In this document: positions 23,251 to 32,618 of the stretch, piece after piece | Position numbering within the stretch: position 1 is the first letter of the stretch | Layout: each line of letters begins with the position of its first letter | Assembly: GCA_965649825.1 (NCBI GenBank) | Contig: OZ287706.1 | Coordinates: 434,001-498,000 of the forward strand | Length of the DNA stretch: 64,000 nucleotides | DNA from: Penicillus capitatus | Taxonomy: Eukaryota > Plantae > Chlorophyta | Reading direction: 5' to 3' | Translations under genes and position numbers: made by a program | The notes under the pieces: generated by a model | Databases searched by the model: none | Seen by the model: the letters and a program-made list of their open reading frames with translations, nothing else | What the model was told of the DNA's origin: nothing

Positions 23251-26200
23251 GAAACGGTGACGTTGTGGATCAAGATTTTGTTGCCTTTGTCGTCGTATAC
23301 GCAGTCCTCACTGCAGTCCAGCTGCAGTTTGAACGCTTGGAGGGCCTGGAGTCCCAGAATTGGACGTTGGACACCTTCGCAGACGACAAAGGGTATCTTC
23401 GCGCCTTTGTTTCCTAAGGTACACAGCATGCAGACCTCGCCGCTGGCACTAGTCGTCTGGTTGTTAAAGCTCGTCACGTTATGGACCTTCGTGGACCTGA
23501 GTACCAGATTATGCTTGCGCGCCATCTTGGCCGGAAGGACATTCGTCTCGGCGCCGGTATCCAGCAGACAAGATATTTTCCCAGCGATGTCCTCCATAGC
23601 GAGCATGACGTTGTAGCGTGCCATTCTCGGAGAGGTCTGACCCTGAGTTGGAGATGTCTGGGGTACCTTTTTCGAATCCTGATGTCCGGGAGCTCTTTCG
23701 ATCGATGGGCAGTCCTTTTTAGAATGTCCCTTTCTTCCGCAATTCTCGCAGGTATGACCAACCTCTTGACGTACGTTTTGCTGGCCACTGGCCCTGGCGT
23801 GCCCTCGACTGTTTCGTTCCTGCTGCAGGCACTCGTCGATGATCAGTTGCACGCGTGGCCAATTCGCTGCATCTCCCCACGGCAGCCCACGTAGGCGTGA
23901 TTGGATATGTGTATTCGCGATATTGAAGATCCGCTCAGTCGCTGTAGCATACTTGAGTGGGTCGTGTACCAACTCAAGTAGCTTCGACATCCGTCGTGCG
24001 AACTGAGATAGATTCTCTTTTCGTTTGGGCAACAGCATGTGCACGTCCTTCATAGAGGGTCCCTTCTCGTTTTGTCTTGTGGGTGCGTGATTTCTTGTTG
24101 TGCCGGGGGTTGTGGCATTCTTTCCCTGACGCTTCTGTTCCTCTTGCTGTCGTTGCGTGGCCTTTCGAACGTCAGGTGACAATTCAGGGTGATGCTGCTC
24201 ACAGCTAACCTGCTGAATTCGTGTCCGACCTTCGACTGCTTCTAATCGCTGTCCGAGACTGGTAAAACTCGCCCCAATACTTTCCTCCAACCTCCCTTGT
24301 CTATTGACAAGTCTGCCTTCGAGTTCTTCGGCACGTCTCATGAGCTCCTCTTGCATTGTCTGTATACCTTCCATCAGGGATTGTATTAAGCCTCCTTGTT
24401 CAGTGTCTCGACGGGCCTCCGGTAGCGGATCTGGGTGGATTTCAGTCACTATATTCTGTTGGTTCGCCCGTCGTGGCGACTGCTGAGACGGCGGAGACGG
24501 CGGAGACGGCGGAGACGGCGGAGACGGCGGAGACGGCGGAGACGGCGGCGACTGCTGAGACGGCGGAGACGGCGGCGACTGCTGAGACGGCGGAGACGGC
24601 GGCGACTGCTGAGACGGCGGAGACGGCGGAGATTGCTGCGTGGTCAGTTGTTGAGTCAGCTGCCGTGCCTGATCTTTGTGTCCCCGTAGCAGATTCCAAA
24701 TGATCCTAAGTAGCCACCAAATCCCCTGCGTCACGGCTACGATTTGCATCACCACCTTGCGGATGTTCCTGAATACTTTCAAGATCCACGCGGCAACTTT
24801 GTATAAAAGCATAGCAGCGCCTAGCAACTGCCAGCCGTTTCCTGTAGCCAGGGCGCTACGAATTGCTTTGATTCCAAATTTATCCCATAGTGTGCCCAAC
24901 ACCCATGTAACTGCGTTATCACGGGTACCGGTTAGCCATTTTATAGAGCGGTCGAGGAATGTATCATTCCCGCGACTGCTCTCCCAACCGTTAGCCTGGC
25001 TTTCGCAGATGCAGTCGTCTAGAGCCGTCTTCATGTTGCATGTATGTTCGTTGATCTTGTTTATTGTCTCGCGGATATTACTGAGAGTGTCATTGAGGTG
25101 CTGCCAATCGACGTTAGAACTCTTAGCATGTGACTCTTGCGACGTTTCAGGTCCTTGGCTGTCTGTCGACGAACCATTTACAGTGAGGTTCAGGAACTGG
25201 GTGATGCCGTCCAAGGTCTCTGCGACGTGTCGCACTTCTCCTACGAGAGAGGACTTCCTAGATGGGAAGTTGTTGATGATCGAGACTGTCGCAGTCGTCA
25301 ACAAGCTCGCTGGGGAGAATACGGACAACACACCTCTGTTTGTTGCCCAGTTGATGATCCCATGAGTAGTAAGACCTACGACAGCACTAGTGATCATTGC
25401 GTCAACATATTCTGGCCAAGTGATGTCGATTCCCATTCTGAAGTCCGGAATCATGTACCAAGATTGTTCATCTTCGACAGGTAGAGCATTTCCCATCTCG
25501 TGCAGGTTGAAGACATTTTCTGGGGGGAGTTCTTGTTCTGTCCATTGGTCTTCGGACTCTTCGGACTCTTCGGACTCTTCGGGATCGGATCGCGGAGCCT
25601 CTTCGTCGAATAGATCTTCCGCCAATTCTACCGGAATCTCGTATTCGTCATACTCGAGTTCGTATGCTTCTGCGCTGGGTTCCGTGTCCAGCGGTAAGTC
25701 CGTATTATTCTGCACGTCTTCATGTTCTGCGACGGGGATAGCGAACTCAAAACGCCTGCGGAGGGCTCTCGCCGATCCTGCTATGGTACGTCTGTCTTCT
25801 TCGGCATGTGTGTCTTCGCACACGAGGTCGTGTACCTTCTGTCTAGACGCGTCCAGCAGTGTCTTTTGTTCCCACGTCTGTGAATGAGTGCCAGGGATCA
25901 GTAGAAAGAAGGACATTCCTGTAGCTAGCAACGGTTTTCCTCCCCAATAGACCAGGGAACCTTCGCCGAGAAGCATGATCAGCATATTGGCTTCCTCGTA
26001 CGTAATGCCTTCGCTTGCGTCATAGAAGATGATGCCGTTAGGGCACTCTTTGACGAAGACCGCGATCTCCCTTTGAATTATTCTAGCCTCATCCACAGAT
26101 TTGGATTGCGGTTTAATATACTTGAAACAACTACTCTTTTGCAGACTAGGCTCAGTCTTGATTCCGTTAACCAGCGAGTCGCATGTACTTGTCGTACAGT

Positions 26201-26447
26201 AGAGAATTGTAGACGTCGCTTTATCGTAAAAATTGTTGCCTACCTTGTCGTTTATACTACGGGCAAGGTTATCGACATACTGATCTATCCAGTCTCCGCC
26301 ACCGCGGACGTTTTCCTGGATGCTTGTTAGGGTTTTATTCCGTAACCCTATTATTCCATCCTTCCAGCCAAACCATGAGCCGTGCGTGACGGCGGCAAAG
26401 TGTAGAAGAACCCACAACAGCATTGGGAGCACTCGCTCCGAAACCAT
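23241..26447 (-). CDS. gag-pro: ORF1 polyprotein: signal peptide, degenerate Torsin/ClpB-like AAA+ domain, acidic linker, hydrophobic segments, SPP repeats, coiled coil, Gag with CCHC knuckle, aspartic protease
   Basis: Begins MVSERVLPMLLWVLLHFAAVTHG. Contains CENCGRKGHSKKDC (23709-23750) and LLDTGAETNVL...PILG (DTG at 23553-23561). Single uninterrupted frame. Confidence 0.88.
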   Translation of the reverse strand: MVSERVLPMLLWVLLHFAAVTHGSWFGWKDGIIGLRNKTLTSIQENVRGGGDWIDQYVDNLARSINDKVGNNFYDKATSTILYCTTSTCDSLVNGIKTEPSLQKSSCFKYIKPQSKSVDEARIIQREIAVFVKECPNGIIFYDASEGITYEEANMLIMLLGEGSLVYWGGKPLLATGMSFFLLIPGTHSQTWEQKTLLDASRQKVHDLVCEDTHAEEDRRTIAGSARALRRRFEFAIPVAEHEDVQNNTDLPLDTEPSAEAYELEYDEYEIPVELAEDLFDEEAPRSDPEESEESEESEDQWTEQELPPENVFNLHEMGNALPVEDEQSWYMIPDFRMGIDITWPEYVDAMITSAVVGLTTHGIINWATNRGVLSVFSPASLLTTATVSIINNFPSRKSSLVGEVRHVAETLDGITQFLNLTVNGSSTDSQGPETSQESHAKSSNVDWQHLNDTLSNIRETINKINEHTCNMKTALDDCICESQANGWESSRGNDTFLDRSIKWLTGTRDNAVTWVLGTLWDKFGIKAIRSALATGNGWQLLGAAMLLYKVAAWILKVFRNIRKVVMQIVAVTQGIWWLLRIIWNLLRGHKDQARQLTQQLTTQQSPPSPPSQQSPPSPPSQQSPPSPPSQQSPPSPPSPPSPPSPPSPPSPPSQQSPRRANQQNIVTEIHPDPLPEARRDTEQGGLIQSLMEGIQTMQEELMRRAEELEGRLVNRQGRLEESIGASFTSLGQRLEAVEGRTRIQQVSCEQHHPELSPDVRKATQRQQEEQKRQGKNATTPGTTRNHAPTRQNEKGPSMKDVHMLLPKRKENLSQFARRMSKLLELVHDPLKYATATERIFNIANTHIQSRLRGLPWGDAANWPRVQLIIDECLQQERNSRGHARASGQQNVRQEVGHTCENCGRKGHSKKDCPSIERAPGHQDSKKVPQTSPTQGQTSPRMARYNVMLAMEDIAGKISCLLDTGAETNVLPAKMARKHNLVLRSTKVHNVTSFNNQTTSASGEVCMLCTLGNKGAKIPFVVCEGVQRPILGLQALQAFKLQLDCSEDCVYDDKGNKILIHNVTVSKN
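23244..23250 (-). promoter_or_regulatory. Putative -1 ribosomal frameshift heptamer A AAA AAC
   Basis: Lies immediately before the ORF1 stop, and pol is in the -1 frame. A GCCTG/CAGGC stem starts 10 nt downstream (23216-23233). Confidence 0.7.
24472..24635 (-). repeat. Coding tandem repeat (9 nt units) encoding SPP/SQQ repeats
   Basis: Plus strand (GGCGGAGAC)n interspersed with GGCGGCGACTGCTGAGAC; translates in ORF1 as QQSPPSPPSQQSPPSPP... Confidence 0.9.
26430..26446 (-). promoter_or_regulatory. Primer binding site TGGTTTCGGAGCGAG
   Basis: Directly abuts the 5' LTR. Matches the plant initiator-Met PBS TGGTATCAGAGC at 10 of 12 positions. The priming tRNA is not established. Confidence 0.7.
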
Positions 26448-26750
26448 GTCGCGTAGGGTTTTAGATGGAAACAATTTAAACGGTGGGCGCACGTAAACCT
26501 TTGAAACGTAAAGTCTTACAAACGAAAGACAAGATCTGTACATCTACAACGCTTTTATAGGGTACTTTATTTTAAGTAACAAAAAGGAATATTCTGCGAA
26601 GATTCCGGAATCTGCTTGGAATCTGTGACGTAGAGCCGCGGGTCTATTTGTGGATGGAAGCTATAGAGAACCTACGACCTGTCACTTGGAGATCGACACA
26701 AGTGTAAGTAGATGAGCGCATTATCGTGAGCGCTACGCCTTAACACGACA
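26447..26750 (-). repeat. 5' LTR (304 bp)
   Basis: Direct repeat of 19935-20238. Confidence 0.97.
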
Positions 26751-28669
26751 CTGTCTGCCGGACTTGCATGGAAGTGAAGAACGGAGAGGCGCGCGGGAGC
26801 GACGGCGAAGGACTCGCCGCCGGAATCCCTCCGTGTCGCGCTCCGCTCTGCGTTCTCGCAACCCGGCGCCGTCGACCTGTCTTCGAACCGCCGAACGGGT
26901 CCCGCCGGAGAAAACGCGAACGAGCTTCCTCGGCCGCTCGAGGCTGACGTCCGAAGGAGGAGGCGTAAAACGAGACCGGTGCAGGGTGATGCTTCGAGCC
27001 ATGCGGTTTTGGAATCCGCATGCACCAGCCGACTTTGTGTTGCAGGCTGTACGACGCATCGTCGAGAGCTGCGCCGACACGAGAGGCGCGCAGGGCACGT
27101 GGCCGTCGCGTCGCACAATACCTCGGCTCTCGGTCGTGAAGCGAACCGGTCGCCGCGGAGACCCGACAACGCCACGGCGAGCAGGCGAACCGCGACGGCG
27201 CCGTCTGGATGAGATCGGAAGACAAGCTTCCGTCGTCTTCCGGTCCAGCGGTCCGGGAACAGCTGGAGTCTCCTTCCGAATGCGCCGCCCGAGGCAGTCA
27301 TCTATGCATCGAAGCCTCGGAGTTCGGTGCAGGGGCAGACGCGGAAGCTCGAAGAAGGCGGCGGGTACATCCGCTGTTCAGATCGCCTGCACGAAGGTCA
27401 GCTCTTGCGTCTCTCGGTCTCCCTTTCGACGTCGTCGCAGATCTCTTTCTTGCCGGCGAGTCTGAATGCGCCGTCCATCTCGACGGTTCCGCCGCTGGTC
27501 GGTCCTGGCCAGGCGAGCACCGAGTTGCGTGGATGCATGGGACAGACAAGCCTCCCATGGCGAGATCTGGCCAGCTCACCTTCCGAACGCACGGGACTGG
27601 GTTTCACGTCCTTCGCAGCGGTGACTGCGTTGCGATGAGAGGAAGGTGGGATCCCCATTCTTGCATCGATGCCCAAGGAGAGTGAGATCTTCTCGCTGCG
27701 TGCGCCGCGCCGAAGCCGATGTTATCTCACGACGATGGACCGAGGAGCCATCTTGTTCCTCGCCGACTGGCGTCGTCCAAAGCTCCGAGCTTCTGGCCGC
27801 GCTCATCGCAGACATGTCGTGGTCACTTCACGCCGTGCAACCGACCGCGCATGGATAACGGCAGTGCCGAGGTCTGTCTTCCGCGGCGGCGATCGGATGG
27901 CCGGCAGAGTGAGACCAGACAGATCGCATGTCGCGGCAGTGAGCAATCGACCGATCCGTGACCGTCGGGCAAAGGGACGTCTCATTCCACAGGACCCCGG
28001 GCCTCGAGAAGCAACTCAAGGCACTGAGGTCGTCACGCCGCTTCAACAAGGGAGGGACAAGCGATGGCGGCAAGCACCCGATCTGTCACCGCCACGACAG
28101 AGTTCGCGGGCAATGGTTGCCGCGGCAAAGCTGCTGATGCCTGTCTGTGTCGCAGGGAATCGCCCTCGACTGCGTATGCTTGACCGGCTACCCACTCTCG
28201 AACGGCAGACACAAGAGCTTCCCCGAGTTTCGTCTTTCTTGTGACGGCACGTCAGACGAGAGATTTGCTGCAACTCTCGGTCAATGGACAGGTAGACATC
28301 CGTGTGTCTGTTCGACCTGCATCTGAGAAATGGGAAGTGGACCTGGTGGACGACATCAGGGGAACTGTGTTGCTCTTTCACTGACTGCATCCATGCCTTT
28401 CTTTTCGAGGACATGGATTACGCAGGAGGCCAGTGCTCTCCGAAGAAACGTCGCCGCCGCCATTTTTTGCCATGAGCCCTGACGGTTGGCACAAGTTCCT
28501 CCGCCTACAATTTCTGCTCCGAATATAGAGGACGCGAATAGTTTCAACGCTGGCGTGGCACCAACGCATCAAAGCCTGCCAGTCGAGAACTATAAAAACA
28601 GGTCCGCTGCGAATCCGAGCATCATTCGCTCTGTTTCGTCTCTCCGTTCGACAGCCGTTTGTTGATCCG

Positions 28670-29536
28670 ATGCGTTTGGTTCTCTTCTTTGCGCTGTTCG
28701 CTGCTTATGCAGCCCTGACGGCAGCTCAAAACACGTGCGTTCGTAGTGAGCATCTTAACGATTGCGGTATGCACTTTCGCCACGACCGTTTTCTCATCGT
28801 GCGAGAGTTTTTTAGGATATTCGGGTATTACCAGAGACGAATGCCTGGACAGGTGTTGTTGTTGGCATCAATTTGCTGAAGGTTCAGGAAAGCCTTGGTG
28901 CTTCTACCGTAACGGTGGATACGAATACTGCGACAACTCGCGCTACAGAAGTGATTGCGGTGAGTTTTCGATCTCTTTACGTTGGCATCTATTGCTTCCA
29001 CTTTTTCTGTAGGTACTATTAGCACCACACAAGAGGAGTGCGAATCTTATGGCTGCTGCTGGAACCCCAATGATCCATATCCAGCCTGCTTTTACAGGAA
29101 CGCCCATCATGCCCCCTCTAGTCAGTACAAAATGATGGAAGACATGGTTGACGGTAAGGATCTTTACCCCCCACCTTTGAACGTGTCGCCCTTTCGGATG
29201 GCGGCGGCTCAACCCTTTGTGCAGCTGCGGTCTAGGAAGAGATCGAAGGCTTTGGCAGTCGTAATGAAGTCGCGCGCCGCCATCGCCCTCAAAGACGCAA
29301 AGCCTTCTTCCACTTTCTGTCTCAGTTTCATCTTTTCTTACAATCGACTCTTCTCACGGGAGTCGCGCAGAAGACGGGAACGAGATCCGTATCGGTCGTT
29401 TTCCAGTCCTCGAGAATGTCTTTTCTTTTTGCCAATTTGTCAAACACTCCAAACGTTGGGAGCAGATTCAAACATCGATTGTCTATCCAGCCATCATTCC
29501 GGTCCTTTGAGAGGATGGATGCACATGGCTCTTTAA
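28670..29536 (+). CDS. Small secreted two-trefoil protein, copy B
   Basis: Same exon structure as the gene at 12094: ...NDCG|YSGITRDECLDRCCCWHQFAEGSGKPWCFY...SDCG|TISTTQEECESYGCCWNPNDPYPACFY. The 3' end is uncertain. Confidence 0.8.
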
Positions 29537-30619
29537 ATGCCACTTACAAACCACACTGCTGTCCCCGTCGAGTCCTGCAGCTTATCCTGTCGTACATGGA
29601 GCAGCAGAAAATCCAGAGTGAGCATATACATGTGTGACGTTAGGGGGGCCTCTCTGGGAACATGTATGTCTCTATTCAGATCGTCAAGATCTAGTAATTC
29701 TGATCGTACTTGTAAAATGATTAATCATTACAGATGAAACGCGAGCTTCATTGTTAACTCATATACATTGACTGCCCAACAATGTAGAAAGACTTCTTTT
29801 CAAGAAATGACAAGGGGTAAACTTTGATCTCAAGACCTTTGATAACTGACACCCATTACAGTATAAAACAGAGCCTTTCGCGTTCCGTATCCAAAAGTAT
29901 AACTGTCTGTACAGAAGCGTTTGTACTCCTCCTCCTCCTTAGGCACGGTCCCTAGCAGGTGTAGAATTCTGTCTATGTTGAGTTGCTTTCCTTAATGAAT
30001 ACCAGCTTGCAAACCGACAGCTCCTCAGGTTTCAAGCTGGAGGCAGTTTCGCTCTTCTTCATCCTACCATGACTTCATCATTTAATCGAACTGACTCAAC
30101 GAGATCCGATGGATCTGCACTAAGAGCGACGTCGTCTTGTGCTCGTTTAGTGTCAGCAAGGGTCGATAGTGCTGAACTCTGACCTTGGAACGGCAAAGCT
30201 GGAGAGCAGTGCCGGGCAGAGCCGATGGTGTCCGTCCTTCATCAGAGACGTCATACCTTACGTGTCACGTCGTTACATGGGTCATATCTTGTGAAGGATG
30301 CAGATTTCTAGAAAAGAAGACCATCTCCACCGATGATTGAATCTGGACGAGTTGTATGCCGACGCGCCATCTCTTTCAATGAAGATCCATCCGTCATTCC
30401 TTTCTTGTGGATTGCTTTCAAGCCATGGCATATCGCTGGGTGACTTCCAGAGCCGTCCAACAAAGTCTGATGACTGATTGATGTGACAGCATCTCTCTGC
30501 AGTTCAACATGCTTTTCATGCACCTAGCAAAATGGAAAAGATCGTACTCATCGCGAGCATTGAAGGTAGATAGTAGGTACATACACATCAGAACGATCCT
30601 CTAGGTAATGTCTGAACAC

Positions 30620-32350
30620 ATCCGCTGCCATCCGGCTGCCTCTTTGACTCAGTGGCGCCTCTCTTCGTGTTCGCGCACGAACACGGCCTCAAATTCCGTT
30701 CGCTGAAACGCGACAGTGTCCGTAAATTCTGCTCTAATTCCGGACGCCATTGGTGGACGCAGCCTCGTGGAGAGGTCGAGCGGTTAGCAGATGACGGTGT
30801 ATGAGTCACCTTTCTCTGCCCACCGTCAACTCGGTTTTGAAGCCGTCTTCTAAATCGAAAAGGACCATCCCCGTTGCACCACTTCAGCGACCTCGAGCGA
30901 ACGACCCGGGTTAAGAGAGAGTCCTGTCTGGTAGATCTGGCGAGAATGTCGCGCCTTTTCCTCTTCGTTCTCTTCCTCGCCACGTCGCGCGCTCAGTCGA
31001 CGGAGAGACCTGTAGGTAAGAGATGTCGTCCTCGAGTTCGCCTAGATGCACGGTCGTGGCACCATCTGGGCTTCTTTGACGGTGCATGTGAGAGAATTCT
31101 GTGCAGATCCGGAAGAAGATAGACTTCACTGGACATGCTCTTTCTTCTACATTCCTTGGCCTGTCTGCGGAGAGGATCGTGTTACCTACCTGAACCGCTG
31201 TCTTGCGGAGTTGCATGACACCACAGTCGCTTGTTACAAACCCTGTCTATTTTGCCCCGAGAGTGCGGCTTAACGCAAATGATGCTCAGATCTCGACATC
31301 CAGATCTCTCTCCTTCTAGGTCCTGGGGGACCAATTCCTTTCCCAACCCCTTTCAAATCTCAACCAACACCCGTCGCCACGGCCGCGCAATCAGGAGTGG
31401 ATAGTTCCGGATTCACTTGCGACACGAGCGGATCATCATATCTCAACGATTGCGGTAAGCGCACTTCCTAGAATTGGCATGTGTTGAATGTGTGGAGTTT
31501 CAGGGAGAGGTCCCATTACTGAACCGGAATGCTTGGCCAGAGACTGCTGCTATCATGAATTCGGAGAAGGATCTGAGGAACCTTGGTGTTTCTTCAAGAA
31601 CTCAGGATACGATTACTGTGCCAATCAACTTTACAGAAGCGACTGCGGTGCGCTACGGTCCCGTTGATGTGACAGATCAGATGAGATGCTTTCGACTGTG
31701 GTGTGACAGGCGAGCTCAGTACGACGCAACAGGAGTGCGAGGATCGCGGTTGCTGCTGGGACGAATACATTCCTCTGCCTTCCTGCTTCTTCCAGAACTC
31801 GGACATTGACCAATCCCGTTGTCAAATTCCGGAACCCGATCGCCAGCCCTGCGGTAAACGCCCTGTTTTGTGATCCAGTCATTGACGGAGAGCTTCGTTA
31901 CTCCTGCTGCGCCTTAGGTGACGGCAGCAGCCAAGAAGCGTGCGAAGGATCTGGCTGCTGTTGGTGGCCTCTTGAAGAAGGATCCCAAGAACCGTGGTGC
32001 TACACACCCACGTCCAGTTCGTCGATGAAAAACGTTCTTCGCGGCGACCTGTCAGGTTTGGCATCAAGAATCGAACAATGGACCGCTCTTTCGAGCGGCG
32101 GCGGTCTAAACTTTGGGTACAGCTTTTGTCTAGGGGAAGCTCGAAGGGCTGTGGTGGTCGCAATGAAGTCACGGGCCGCCATCCCGCTCAAAGACGCAAA
32201 GCCTTCTTCCACTTTCTGTCTCAGTTTCATCTTTTCTTACAATCGACTCTTCTCACGGGAGTCGCGCAGAAAACGGGAACGAGATCCGTATCGGTCGTTC
32301 CCAGTTTTCGAGAATGTCTTTTCCTTTTGCCAACTTGTCAAACACTCCAA
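30620..32350. repeat. Left arm of an inverted duplication (partner about 46345-48290)
   Basis: Reverse-complement near-identity across the trefoil exons, introns and upstream region. Confidence 0.9.
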
Positions 32351-32369
32351 ACTTCGACAAAGATTCTAG
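30946..32369 (+). CDS. Secreted Kazal plus three-trefoil fusion protein
   Basis: MSRLFLFVLFLATSRAQ signal peptide. Kazal motif CSFFYIPWPVCGEDRVTYLNRC. A predicted phase-1 intron (gtgcgg...ttctag) skips the stop at 31271-31273 and leads into PGGPIPFP...TCDTSGSSYLNDCG and three trefoils. The 3' end is uncertain. Confidence 0.7.
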
Positions 32370-32618
32370 GATTATTTGTCCAGCCACCATCCCTCTCGCT
32401 TGTGAAGATGGATGTGCATGGATCTTTGAATTCCATTTGCAACACACTCTACTGTTTCCGCGTGTTTCGCAGCTTGTCTTGTCTGACGCGGAGCTACAGA
32501 AAGTTCAAAGTGGACAACGTCATACGACGCCAGAGCTTCGTGTCATCATTCCTTTGTGCAATGTAATCCAACCTTCGACAGAATGCACGTCTACGGAAAT
32601 CAGGTCTTCGTTGTCTTT

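Larger units (their letters stand above)
19935..26750 (-). mobile_element. Intact young Ty3/Gypsy-type LTR retrotransposon with an atypical membrane-targeted Gag
   Basis: 304 bp LTRs with TG...CA ends and imperfect terminal inverted repeats TGTCGCGT/ACACGACA. CTGT TSD at 19931-19934 and 26751-26754. Domain order PR-RT-RH-IN. The empty site can be read in the duplicate copy (GGGACTGTCTGCCGG near 10165). Confidence 0.97.

Noticed and set aside
24435-24699. Poly-Arg and SAV-repeat ORFs
   Set aside because: Alternative-frame and antisense readings of the SPP repeat in ORF1.
26448-26543. Upstream extension of ORF1 (MYRSCLSFV...) in the ORF track
   Set aside because: It lies within the LTR and recurs in the other LTR. 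The ATG at the LTR/PBS junction gives a proper signal peptide.
29880-30010. Formin FH2-like phrase LNIDRILHLLGTVPKEEEYK on the minus strand
   Set aside because: Short, flanked by stops, and no further FH2 sequence.
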